From contig JBAZYK010000008.1 of the NCBI GenBank assembly GCA_041659405.1, forward strand, positions 30,001 to 62,000: DNA of 32,000 bases, in the 5' to 3' direction. Numbering within the stretch: the first letter of the stretch is position 1; the number at the start of each line of letters is the position of its first letter. The notes beneath the pieces were generated by a model. It ran no database searches. It was not told where the DNA came from and saw only the letters and a list, made by a program, of their open reading frames with translations. Of the stretch, positions 1 to 8,384 are shown piece after piece. The DNA is from Candidatus Altimarinota bacterium (GTDB lineage: Bacteria > Patescibacteriota > Gracilibacteria > UBA1369). A program made the translations under genes and the position numbers.

Positions 1-14
1 CTCCATAAAATTGA

Positions 15-2303
15 TTATAGCGTCCTAATTCGTTTTTCAATCTTATAAGCCTCAAGTTCATCTCCCTCCATCAACGGCATAAACCCTTCATAACGCATCC
101 CGCATTCATTGCCGTCCGCGATTTCATGTACTGGCTTTTCCCCATGTCTAAGCGAAATAATCTGCCCTTCGCCAACCAGTAGATCCTTTCTGAATACACG
201 TAATTTAACCTTATTTTCTATATAACCCTTAAGAACCTTACAACCAACAACCATATCTTTTTTGCCGGTCATAAACACCATTTTAACCTGAGCTCTTCCC
301 AAAATATTTTCGATCATTTCAGGTTCCAAAAGACCCGTTAAAATCTTCTTAACATCATCGAGCAGTTTATAAATAATCGTATAGTTTAAAACTTCAACTC
401 TTTCACGATCTGCCAATCTTTTAACATTCAGATTTGCCTCAACATGAAAACCCATCACGATTCCATTTGCAGCCGCAGCCATCAATACGTCCGATTCATT
501 GATTGCCCCAACTCCGGAAAGAATAATTTTAACACCAACATCTTCATTTTTAATTTGAGCGAGCGACTGCTTTAAAGCTTCCAAAGAACCTTTTGTATCA
601 GCCTTTAAAACCAGTTTCAATTGTTTGAGTTGTTTTGAACTGATCTGGGAAATAATTTCACCCACACCACGTTTTTCCAGCAAGGCCGCGTCCTTTAGAG
701 TCTTAACGTTCAGAGCCTGAGATCGCGCCGCATGTTCATCTGCAGTAACCCGTAAAATATCGCCGGAAAAAGGCGTTTCTGCAAGGCCGGCAATTAAAAC
801 AGGAGTTGAAGGAGGCGCAAACTTCATGCTTTTTCCAGCCGCATCTTTCATAACTTTAACGCGCCCATAAGTTGAACCGATAACCACATTGTCCATAACT
901 TTCAAAGTTCCCGTATTGATAATTACGGTCGCAATCGGGCCCAAACTTTGGTCCAAATGCGCTTCAATTACAGTTCCAATAGCACCACGATTTGGATTTG
1001 CGCGGAGGTTTTCCATATCCGCCAAAAGCAAAACCATATCCAAAAGTTGTTGAATTCCTTCGCCTTTTAAAGCCGAAACCGGCACCATAATCGTTTTTCC
1101 ACCCCATTCTTCCGGAACCAGACCAAACTGACCAAGTTCACCTTTTACACGTTCAGGAGCCGCGCCCGGTTTATCAATTTTGTTTATTGCCACAATAATT
1201 GGCACTTCCGCGTCTTGAGCATGATGAATAGCTTCTTCGGTTTGTGGCTTAATGCCTTCATCCGCAGCTACAACCAAAATCGCAATATCTGTAACTTTAG
1301 CTCCACGCGCACGCATAGCCGTAAACGCCTCGTGACCGGGAGTGTCAAGAAATGTGATCTTGCGGCTATTTTTTACCACCTGATAAGCACCAATATGCTG
1401 CGTAATTCCACCGGATTCACCGGCAACCACATTGGTTTCACGAATTGCATCCAATAAAGTTGTCTTACCATGATCAACGTGCCCCATCACCACCACAATT
1501 GGCGGACGTTGCTGCAAATCAGCCGGATCATCTTCTTTTAACATGCCTTTAATATTTCCGGAAAACACATCTTCAGCGCTTGCTTCAGTGCGCTTCTTTT
1601 TAATTTTGATGCCAAGATCGTCTGAAATAATTTGAGCGGTATCGTAGTCAATTTGTTGGTTGATGTTAGCCAAAATTCCATTTTTCATCAATTCACCAAT
1701 AATTTTTGCCGCACCAAATCCGGTTTTTTCGGCAAATTCTTTTACGGAAATAACCTCGGCAATTTCAATTGTTCTATCCGACAAAGGTCGTAAAACTTGT
1801 GGTTCAAACTTTTTAGCAGGTTTTTTACCACCGGCGTCTTTTCCGGCCATCTGTTTTCTTTGGCTGCGGATAAGCTCACGATCAAGTTCCTGGGCAATTA
1901 ATTCATCATAAAGTTCAGCCTCTTCCAAAGGTTTTTCCGTTCCACCCAAAATCTCCTCGGTAATATCAACATGAGGGCCTTCTTCCTGCACAGACTTAGC
2001 TTGTTCAACCGGTTTTACCGCCTGAGAAGCAGGTTTAACAGCTTGTGGTTTAGGAGCAAGTTTGATTTCTTTAACAACCGGCTTAGCTTTTATTTCCGCC
2101 ACTTTTGCCTTTGGTTCCGACTTTTGCTTTAAAGTTTTTGGAGCCGCCGCGACTTTTTTAGATTTCGGTTCTTTGCCTTCTGTTTTTTTTGCTGAAGTCT
2201 TAGCAACTTTAACAGGCTTCTTTTCTGCCTTTTTAGTTACTTTGGAAGCTGCAGCTTTTTTAGCGGGAGTTTTCTTCTTAATTTCGTCGCTTTTTTTTGG
2301 CAT
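15..2303 (-). CDS. infB: Translation initiation factor IF-2
   Basis: ORF with Lys/Ala-rich N-terminus, G-domain motifs [19 protein letters not shown] and NKIDKPGA, and the IF-2 C-terminal region. The ORF track starts at 2369 (TTG), but ATG at 2303 ([11 protein letters not shown]) is more likely because a promoter occupies 2341-2369. Confidence 0.97.
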   Translation of the reverse strand: MPKKSDEIKKKTPAKKAAASKVTKKAEKKPVKVAKTSAKKTEGKEPKSKKVAAAPKTLKQKSEPKAKVAEIKAKPVVKEIKLAPKPQAVKPASQAVKPVEQAKSVQEEGPHVDITEEILGGTEKPLEEAELYDELIAQELDRELIRSQRKQMAGKDAGGKKPAKKFEPQVLRPLSDRTIEIAEVISVKEFAEKTGFGAAKIIGELMKNGILANINQQIDYDTAQIISDDLGIKIKKKRTEASAEDVFSGNIKGMLKEDDPADLQQRPPIVVVMGHVDHGKTTLLDAIRETNVVAGESGGITQHIGAYQVVKNSRKITFLDTPGHEAFTAMRARGAKVTDIAILVVAADEGIKPQTEEAIHHAQDAEVPIIVAINKIDKPGAAPERVKGELGQFGLVPEEWGGKTIMVPVSALKGEGIQQLLDMVLLLADMENLRANPNRGAIGTVIEAHLDQSLGPIATVIINTGTLKVMDNVVIGSTYGRVKVMKDAAGKSMKFAPPSTPVLIAGLAETPFSGDILRVTADEHAARSQALNVKTLKDAALLEKRGVGEIISQISSKQLKQLKLVLKADTKGSLEALKQSLAQIKNEDVGVKIILSGVGAINESDVLMAAAANGIVMGFHVEANLNVKRLADRERVEVLNYTIIYKLLDDVKKILTGLLEPEMIENILGRAQVKMVFMTGKKDMVVGCKVLKGYIENKVKLRVFRKDLLVGEGQIISLRHGEKPVHEIADGNECGMRYEGFMPLMEGDELEAYKIEKRIRTL

Positions 2304-2340
2304 AAGTCTGATTAAAAATGGCCCTTTCAAAGGCGATAGC

Positions 2341-2369
2341 AGTTTATGGAAAAATGCGCGAAAAGTCAA
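2341..2369 (-). promoter_or_regulatory. Putative sigma70-type promoter for infB
   Basis: Minus strand: TTGACT (2369-2364), 17-nt spacer, TAAACT (2346-2341); about 38 nt from the -10 to ATG 2303. Confidence 0.6.
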
Positions 2370-2377
2370 CTCGCTTT

Positions 2378-3478
2378 TTACTCGGACAATGGCTTATCTA
2401 AAAGCACAACTTCCGCATGGCCACCGGCAGTACCGTCGGTAATTTTATAAACATCCTTATCAACTTTTTTGAATTCTTTGGAAGCCTGATTGTACATGCT
2501 TACCGTGGTGCCCAAATGATCGCCGAGTTTAGCCAAGTAAGTTTCGTAACTACCCAAATGACGGCCAAGTTCGCCAACTTTCTTAATAATTTCCTGAACG
2601 GACGCCTCCATTTTTAAAGCCTTAAGTCCATGCAAAACGGTTTCCAGATAAGCAAAAAACGAGGTAGGGGAAACAATAATTACATGTTTCTTAAAAGCAT
2701 ATTCGATCAAATCCTGGGTATTAACTTCAACGGTTCCAACGTTATAAACCAGCAGGCTGTAATAAATTCCTTCCGCCGGCATAAACATAAAGGCAAAATC
2801 GGTCGTATCTTCCTGCGGACGAATATATTTGGAGGTCTCGTCAATGCGGTTTTTTAGGTCTGATTTGAAATCTTTTTCCAGCTGTGTTCGTTTTTCTTTA
2901 TCATTTTCCTGCATGATTCGATTGTACTTTTCCAAAGAAAATTTTGCGTCGATTGGAATGATTTTTCCGTTAAAAAAGATGACCGAGTCAACAATTTCTC
3001 CATTCTTAAAACTGTACTGCATTTGAAACTGCGCCGGAGTAAGCACATTGGAAAGTAATGTTTCCAGCAAATATTCACCCAAAATACCACGCTGCTTGGG
3101 ATTCTTTAAAATATTTTCAAGACTCTTCATCTGCTCGGCAAAGCCAACAACCTGCTTATTGGTTTCGTCCAGTTTTGTTAATTTTTTTGTTACTTCCTCA
3201 ATGATTTTCGCGCTCTGCCCAAACTGTTTTTGCATGGTTTCCAGTGACCTATGTTGATGTTCGGTAAGTTGCTGCGTAATTTTATCCAATCTTGTCTGCA
3301 ATTCTTCACGATTTTTAGAAGCGCCATCCTGCACCGATTTTCGCAGATTTTCCACAACGTCCAGCAATAATTTCTGAGCAGACTCGTCAGCCGGCTTTTG
3401 CATGGCTTTTAGTTGCAAAAATAAGTAGTACAAGATGCCTAAAATGGCTAAACCAACAATAACAGCGAGTATTTCCAT
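2378..3478 (-). CDS. rmuC: DNA recombination protein RmuC family
   Basis: N-terminal TM segment, coiled coil, then RmuC-type core (PKQRGILGEYLLETLLSNVL..., PIDAKFSLEKYNRIM..., YIRPQEDTTDFAFMFMPAEGIYYSLL..., PTSFFAYLETVLHGLK). Confidence 0.93.
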   Translation of the reverse strand: MEILAVIVGLAILGILYYLFLQLKAMQKPADESAQKLLLDVVENLRKSVQDGASKNREELQTRLDKITQQLTEHQHRSLETMQKQFGQSAKIIEEVTKKLTKLDETNKQVVGFAEQMKSLENILKNPKQRGILGEYLLETLLSNVLTPAQFQMQYSFKNGEIVDSVIFFNGKIIPIDAKFSLEKYNRIMQENDKEKRTQLEKDFKSDLKNRIDETSKYIRPQEDTTDFAFMFMPAEGIYYSLLVYNVGTVEVNTQDLIEYAFKKHVIIVSPTSFFAYLETVLHGLKALKMEASVQEIIKKVGELGRHLGSYETYLAKLGDHLGTTVSMYNQASKEFKKVDKDVYKITDGTAGGHAEVVLLDKPLSE

Positions 3479-3504
3479 AATTTAAAATAAAAAATCTTGT
3501 TCAG

Positions 3505-3534
3505 AGTATAGGTGAGTAGACACTCACCCGTCAA
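3505..3534 (-). promoter_or_regulatory. Putative rmuC promoter with a dyad filling the spacer
   Basis: Minus strand: TTGACG-GGTGAGTGTCTACTCACC-TATACT. The 18-bp spacer is a perfect 7-bp inverted repeat around 4 nt. Confidence 0.65.
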
Positions 3535-3583
3535 GTCTATCGTTCCGCCTTTGCCATTTCTACTACAAAAAACGGCTATTTTG

Positions 3584-3592
3584 TGCTAAAAT
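3584..3592 (+). promoter_or_regulatory. Putative extended -10 element upstream of the SGNH-domain gene
   Basis: TGCTAAAAT about 44 nt upstream of the ATG at 3636; no convincing -35. Confidence 0.35.
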
Positions 3593-3635
3593 ATATAGAT
3601 TTAACTAAAAGCATTCTACAAGTACTCAAAAAACA

Positions 3636-6293
3636 ATGCCAAACAAATTTAAAAGAACAAATTGCCGTCCACAGTTTTTATTTGGTTTTAGCGAACCAAG
3701 GCTGATTTTTGATGCCCCAAAAGCACCGGAAAAAGCTGCAGAAGGAGCTAAAACTGAAGCCGGAAAGGTCTTAACTGTCAATGATTTGGAAGACGCTCTT
3801 CCAGCGGCCGAAGTTGGCAAAGCTAAGGACAAAATTGAAGCAGGAAAAGATTCAGTTAATGATGCAGCTAGAGCCAAAACAGCAGAATTGGCTGCGAAAA
3901 TTGGTATCGGCGTAACTCCAAAAAATACCCCACCGCCAAAACCACCAGGCGCCCCGGACATTGGACAAAGAAGCCCGGAAGTAAAACAAGAAAAACTCAC
4001 CGGATCACAGTTTTTGGCCAAATTAAAGGAACAAGACGCAAAGGATAAAGCAGCGGGCATTCCTCTAAATAAAAGACTTCAAAAAATGAAGGATTTAGCC
4101 GTAGAACAAGCCAAGATTGGCAACATTTATCACGATGGCTGGAGTGACGTAAATCTTGGTGAAGTGGAAGTCAACGGGCAAAAACTTCAAGTCCGCACAA
4201 AGGTTACCAATCGATATATTTCTATCGGAAACAAGGAAGATCATTTTATGGTTCCCGTAGATGGCCCCGCCGCAAAATTAATGGCGGAAGCAGCTGGAGG
4301 AGTTATGCCAACCCTAAAAGTACTTGATGCGATTGAGGATCCGAAAAATAAAGGGCAAATGGTCAATTTTATTGCCGGACCAAAAATTGCAGCAGATTTA
4401 CTAAAAACAGATCCAACGTTACCCCAAGACGTTCGCGAAAAACTGAACCAATGGAAGACTGACCCCAATCATCCACCAGGTGAAATGATGCAGTGGCTGG
4501 GTATGTTTGCCGCGCACAATGACGACCTTGAAAAGCGTATTGCCGGAATAAAAAGTGGCACTTTAACCTATGGTGGCAGCAAGACTCCAATTATCAATCC
4601 GAATTTTCAGGATGAAGGCACTACAAAAGCTAAAGTTCGCTTAAGTGAAAGTTTGAGTATTGCCGGAGGAGTTGATGTAAACGGAAAAAGAGTTCAGCAG
4701 GGGACTGGCAATCCACACGGGTTAGATCACCTCGATTATTCACAAAGAGCAATTGCCATGGGGCCCGAAACCGAGCTGGTAGATCCAAATACGGGTAAAA
4801 TACTTTTCAAAGTAAAAACTGCAGACATGATGAAAGGTCCGGATGCGGATGGAAATATTAAAACAGTTGATGGCTTAAAAATAAAAGTGCCAGATTCCTA
4901 TAAGCCATTTTCCAATCGCACTATTGATTTGGCGAAAATTTATCCGGGACATTCCCTTGGAAAAGAATTTAAACCTAAAGTGGAAGCTCCAACCGATTGG
5001 AGCGCTGTTCAGCCGTTAATGGGAGCGGGGGAGCAAAGGGTGGTCCCAGCAACACAAGAACCTTTTGCCGCAAGAGTAGTTCCTTCTTTAGGATCTGCCC
5101 CTTCATCCAAGCCGGAAGTTAGAGAAGCAAGCAGTGCCGTAGCCGTCGGGTATTTTCCAGAAAGGACTTCAGCTCCATCATCAACGTCAACCGGCACATC
5201 CAAAGCCAAATCAGGCGCAGTTGAAGCCTTTACAAAGCCGGAAATTCCATCGGAAGACCACCCATCTACTCGACGTGAAAGTTTTGATCTTACGGGATCA
5301 GCAGAAGCACCAAAAGCCCGTGAATTATTTATCCCCGAAGGTAAAAAATTATTTATTTTTGGCGATTCCCATAGTGATGGATTCGGAAACGTTCTAAGCT
5401 CAAAATTTGCAGATAAAATTGTTCATCTTCATTCTTCACGCAATAAATATTCAAAGTCAGAGTCACAGACAATGGGGAATATTAGACAGGCATTTGATGA
5501 ATTATTAAGCGGCAAATATCCTGCAGATAAATTCCCGGGAGCTAAATATCCCAAAGGCGCGGAATTGGATAATTTGCTCAACGGTTCCACAGTAGTCCTT
5601 GAAATCGGCACAAATGACCTTTTTGCCGGCAAAACTTTTGAAGCCATGAAAACCGAATTCGAAAGTTTGGTATCACTACTAAAAAGCAAAGGAATGAAAG
5701 TTGTTGTCGGAACAATTCCTGCAATTAAAGATAATGATCAAAAACCTTCTGCAAAGATGATCCAAACTAAGGATGCTTTCAACGAATATTTACGCGGGAA
5801 ATATCAACAGCATCAAATTGATGAACTGATTGATCTGCAAAAATTGGGTTTTGAAACCGCCGATGGGCATACCAACCCTGACTTTAAAGGTTCAACCTTA
5901 CATTTAAATCCTAAAGGTTATGCCGAATTGGCAAATCGATTTGCGCTTCAGGTTAACAAGGTAAATGGCAAAATTGAGTCTGAAGCTCCATCAACCGCAC
6001 CATCCAAAGCCGATCCGGAAATTTTAGCAGCAAAGAGAGCCGAAAATAAAGAAATTTATGCAAACCTGCCCAAAGGTTCCAAGTCCGCTTTCGACGCCCC
6101 CGTCTTTGATAATGTGCGTGAAGAATTAACGGCTCTAGCCAGAGCAAATAGGGATAGCATGAATGTGGGAGAAACCAGGGTTGTACAATTATCAAATGGC
6201 CAAAGCGTTCTGCTTGTTGCTACAAATCACTTTAATCATCCAGAAAAGTATCCAAATGGTCTAAAGGGGATTGAAGTTCGCACGATGGCATAA
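3636..6293 (+). CDS. Large two-part protein: uncharacterised N-terminal domain plus C-terminal SGNH/GDSL-type hydrolase domain
   Basis: 885 aa. C-terminal KLFIFGDSHSDGFG (block I), VVLEIGTNDLF (block III) and LHLNPKGYAELANRF (His block). The upstream part carries HFMVPVDGPAAKLMAEAAGGVMPTLKVLDAI ... AAHNDDLEKR ... HGLDHLDYSQRAIAM, which looks like a separate conserved domain. Confidence 0.75.
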   Translation: MPNKFKRTNCRPQFLFGFSEPRLIFDAPKAPEKAAEGAKTEAGKVLTVNDLEDALPAAEVGKAKDKIEAGKDSVNDAARAKTAELAAKIGIGVTPKNTPPPKPPGAPDIGQRSPEVKQEKLTGSQFLAKLKEQDAKDKAAGIPLNKRLQKMKDLAVEQAKIGNIYHDGWSDVNLGEVEVNGQKLQVRTKVTNRYISIGNKEDHFMVPVDGPAAKLMAEAAGGVMPTLKVLDAIEDPKNKGQMVNFIAGPKIAADLLKTDPTLPQDVREKLNQWKTDPNHPPGEMMQWLGMFAAHNDDLEKRIAGIKSGTLTYGGSKTPIINPNFQDEGTTKAKVRLSESLSIAGGVDVNGKRVQQGTGNPHGLDHLDYSQRAIAMGPETELVDPNTGKILFKVKTADMMKGPDADGNIKTVDGLKIKVPDSYKPFSNRTIDLAKIYPGHSLGKEFKPKVEAPTDWSAVQPLMGAGEQRVVPATQEPFAARVVPSLGSAPSSKPEVREASSAVAVGYFPERTSAPSSTSTGTSKAKSGAVEAFTKPEIPSEDHPSTRRESFDLTGSAEAPKARELFIPEGKKLFIFGDSHSDGFGNVLSSKFADKIVHLHSSRNKYSKSESQTMGNIRQAFDELLSGKYPADKFPGAKYPKGAELDNLLNGSTVVLEIGTNDLFAGKTFEAMKTEFESLVSLLKSKGMKVVVGTIPAIKDNDQKPSAKMIQTKDAFNEYLRGKYQQHQIDELIDLQKLGFETADGHTNPDFKGSTLHLNPKGYAELANRFALQVNKVNGKIESEAPSTAPSKADPEILAAKRAENKEIYANLPKGSKSAFDAPVFDNVREELTALARANRDSMNVGETRVVQLSNGQSVLLVATNHFNHPEKYPNGLKGIEVRTMA

Positions 6294-6320
6294 TTGGTCA
6301 AAGCATAAAATTCTCTCAAA

Positions 6321-6348
6321 AAAAGAGCCCCGGTTATAGGGCTCTTTT
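6321..6348. terminator. Bidirectional Rho-independent terminator between convergent genes
   Basis: AAAAGAGCCC-cggttata-GGGCTCTTTT: 10-bp perfect stem with A-run before and T-run after, between the genes ending at 6293 (+) and 6375 (-). Confidence 0.85.
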
Positions 6349-6374
6349 AAATTTCGAATCAATCTGACCACTAA

Positions 6375-7610
6375 CTATTTTTTCTTCGCAACCTTCTTAG
6401 CTGCTTTCTTTTCTTCATCACCATCTAAGTCCATTGCTGTTTGAGGTTCTTCTTTTGATTCACCTTCCGTAGCTTCCTCATCTTTGTCCTTTTTCTTGCT
6501 GATCTTCTTTTTGCCTGTATCCTCGGACAAAGCCTTGATTGAAAGACCTACGCGATGTTCTCCGGCCTCAATCGCAATGATTTTAGCTTTAACTTTATCA
6601 CCGATCTTCAAAATTTCACTTGGATCCTTAATCATTTCACCGGTAATTTCAGAAACGTGAATCAAACCGTTAATATCGTCGCTAAGCTTAAGGAATGCGC
6701 CAAATGGTGTCAGTCTGTTGATTTCTCCTTCAACTATATCACCGATCTTGTACTGTTTTGCAGCTTCCAACCATGGATCTTCAATCAGACGTTTCATGGA
6801 GAGAGAGATCTTTTCAACATCAATTCCAATAACCATAACTTCAACCTGATCACCAAGTTTGCCATAATCAGCAGCATTTTTTACGTGGCCCCAAGCGATT
6901 TCTGAAATATGAACCAAACCTTCAAGTCCATCAAATGCCACGAAAATACCGAATTTAACGATACCGCTAATGCGACCCTTAACCTTTTCGCCAATCTTAA
7001 GTTTAGTAAGAGAAATCTTACGTTGTTCTTCCATCGCAGCCTTTTCAGACAAAATCAATTTACCATTTTCCTTGTCGATATTAATGATTTTAACCAGGAA
7101 TTTGGTACCAACCAATTCTTGTAAACGAGTAAGAATCTGATTGGAGTCAGCTCCGTTAACACGTGGATAATGCAAAGGTGCCAATTGTGAAACCGGAATA
7201 AACGCCTTAATACCATCAATTTCAAGTAGAAGACCACCTTTATTGGCTTCAGAAGCCACAACATCGATAACATCTTTCTTGGCATAAGCTTCCTCGAATT
7301 TCTTCCAGGTCTTTTCCTGGCTTGCCTTACGCAAAGAAAGCAGAACATAACCTTCGTCGTTTTCCGCATCAATAACATAAGCCGAAACCGTATCGCCCTT
7401 TTTAAGTCTTTTCATTGTATCGGTACTATCACGAGCCTCGCGACCTGTAATAAGACCTGTACTAACACCGTTAATATCCACCAAAATTTTGTTCTTGTAG
7501 ATATCAACAACAACTCCATCTACCAAGGTTCCAGGCTTAGGAACAACAAAGAGAGGGGAGTTTTGTAAAAGCTCATCCATGAGCGCTATAGGGGTTTTAG
7601 TTGCCACCAT
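6375..7610 (-). CDS. rpsA: 30S ribosomal protein S1 (about four S1 domains)
   Basis: Repeated S1 motifs (GTLVDGVVVDIYKNKILVDING, GEKVKGRISGIVKFGIFVAFDGLEGLVHISE, GDIVEGEINRLTPFGAFLKLSDDINGLIHVSE). ATG at 7610 (MVATKTP) is preferred over GTG at 7619. Confidence 0.93.
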   Translation of the reverse strand: MVATKTPIALMDELLQNSPLFVVPKPGTLVDGVVVDIYKNKILVDINGVSTGLITGREARDSTDTMKRLKKGDTVSAYVIDAENDEGYVLLSLRKASQEKTWKKFEEAYAKKDVIDVVASEANKGGLLLEIDGIKAFIPVSQLAPLHYPRVNGADSNQILTRLQELVGTKFLVKIINIDKENGKLILSEKAAMEEQRKISLTKLKIGEKVKGRISGIVKFGIFVAFDGLEGLVHISEIAWGHVKNAADYGKLGDQVEVMVIGIDVEKISLSMKRLIEDPWLEAAKQYKIGDIVEGEINRLTPFGAFLKLSDDINGLIHVSEITGEMIKDPSEILKIGDKVKAKIIAIEAGEHRVGLSIKALSEDTGKKKISKKKDKDEEATEGESKEEPQTAMDLDGDEEKKAAKKVAKKK

Positions 7611-7623
7611 AAAATACACACCG

Positions 7624-7670
7624 CAGCAAAGTTCTAAAGAATAAAAGCTTTTTAAGGAGGAACATTGCTG
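7624..7670 (-). promoter_or_regulatory. Imperfect hairpin in the rpsA 5' leader
   Basis: Minus strand: CAGCAA-T-GTTC ... GAAC-T-TTGCTG. This is 6 bp plus 4 bp around a T/T mismatch, with a 25-nt loop containing CTCCTT and AAAAGCTTTT. Confidence 0.45.
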
Positions 7671-7702
7671 GGATTTTGGGAACCCCTTTCAAAAGCAGAG
7701 GA

Positions 7703-7731
7703 ATTTTAAGGGAATTAGACCGCAAGGTCAA
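7703..7731 (-). promoter_or_regulatory. Putative rpsA promoter
   Basis: Minus strand: TTGACC (7731-7726), 17-nt spacer, TAAAAT (7708-7703). Confidence 0.6.
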
Positions 7732-7739
7732 GGGAAAAC

Positions 7740-8123
7740 CTACCCAATTGATAATGATGCCTCCTCACTAGCAAAACAAAAATCCGCTGCGTGCATACCA
7801 TATTCATTAACCAAAGCAAGGATTTCCGGACTGGTTACGCCTAATTCTATTGCCTTACCAACCGCCTTATTTCCACATTCCGTAAGTTCAATACTATCCA
7901 ATACTTCCCATTCAGCAGCTTCATCAAGTACTCCTTCTCCGGCCAATAACCTTTGGTGTTCAGTCGAAAAATGATCACTTGCAGCTCCACAAACTGCATT
8001 AGCTACCTCATCAGAAATGCCCGCTGCCATCAATTTCTGCCTAGCCTCATCGAGTAATCTCACTTTATTGTCGACGCTACTGGTTTGCATCACGTCCCCA
8101 TGTTCACCATCATCTGGTCGCAT
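7740..8123 (-). CDS. Hypothetical acidic protein, about 127 aa
   Basis: Start placed at ATG 8123 (MRPDDGEHGDVMQTSS...). The ORF-track start at 8183 is the TTG of a probable -35 box. No family recognised. Confidence 0.55.
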   Translation of the reverse strand: MRPDDGEHGDVMQTSSVDNKVRLLDEARQKLMAAGISDEVANAVCGAASDHFSTEHQRLLAGEGVLDEAAEWEVLDSIELTECGNKAVGKAIELGVTSPEILALVNEYGMHAADFCFASEEASLSIG

Positions 8124-8153
8124 ATTGAATGTAATTATGAAATTAGGAGGTTG

Positions 8154-8183
8154 ACTATAACATACATGAAAATTATTTTTCAA
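8154..8183 (-). promoter_or_regulatory. Putative promoter for the 127-aa ORF
   Basis: Minus strand: TTGAAA (8183-8178), 18-nt spacer, TATAGT (8159-8154), with a TG extended -10 (TGTTATAGT). Confidence 0.5.
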
Positions 8184-8384
8184 TACCTCTATTCAACCAT
8201 TGCTTTTACGAAATAAAAAAATGGCTATAGATAAATGAAAAACCAAGTATTGCATAATATACTTTTGTCTCGGTGGCTTTCTTGTACGTAAAAACGCCTG
8301 CAAATTCCTTCCCGGGAAGGCAGAGTCTATGATTTCCTCTTCTTCAAGCCATTTTGATGTCAAGTGGCGTTTGGCAGTTTCCAC

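Noticed and set aside
8307-8320. 14-bp perfect palindrome CCTTCCCGGGAAGG downstream of clpC
   Set aside because: Possibly part of a terminator or processing hairpin, but there is no immediate T-run and a 14-bp palindrome alone is weak evidence.
8193-8384. 63-aa ORF (-) starting with GTG directly downstream of clpC
   Set aside because: Composition is not convincing, there is no ribosome-binding signal, and it is probably an untranslated tail or intergenic sequence.
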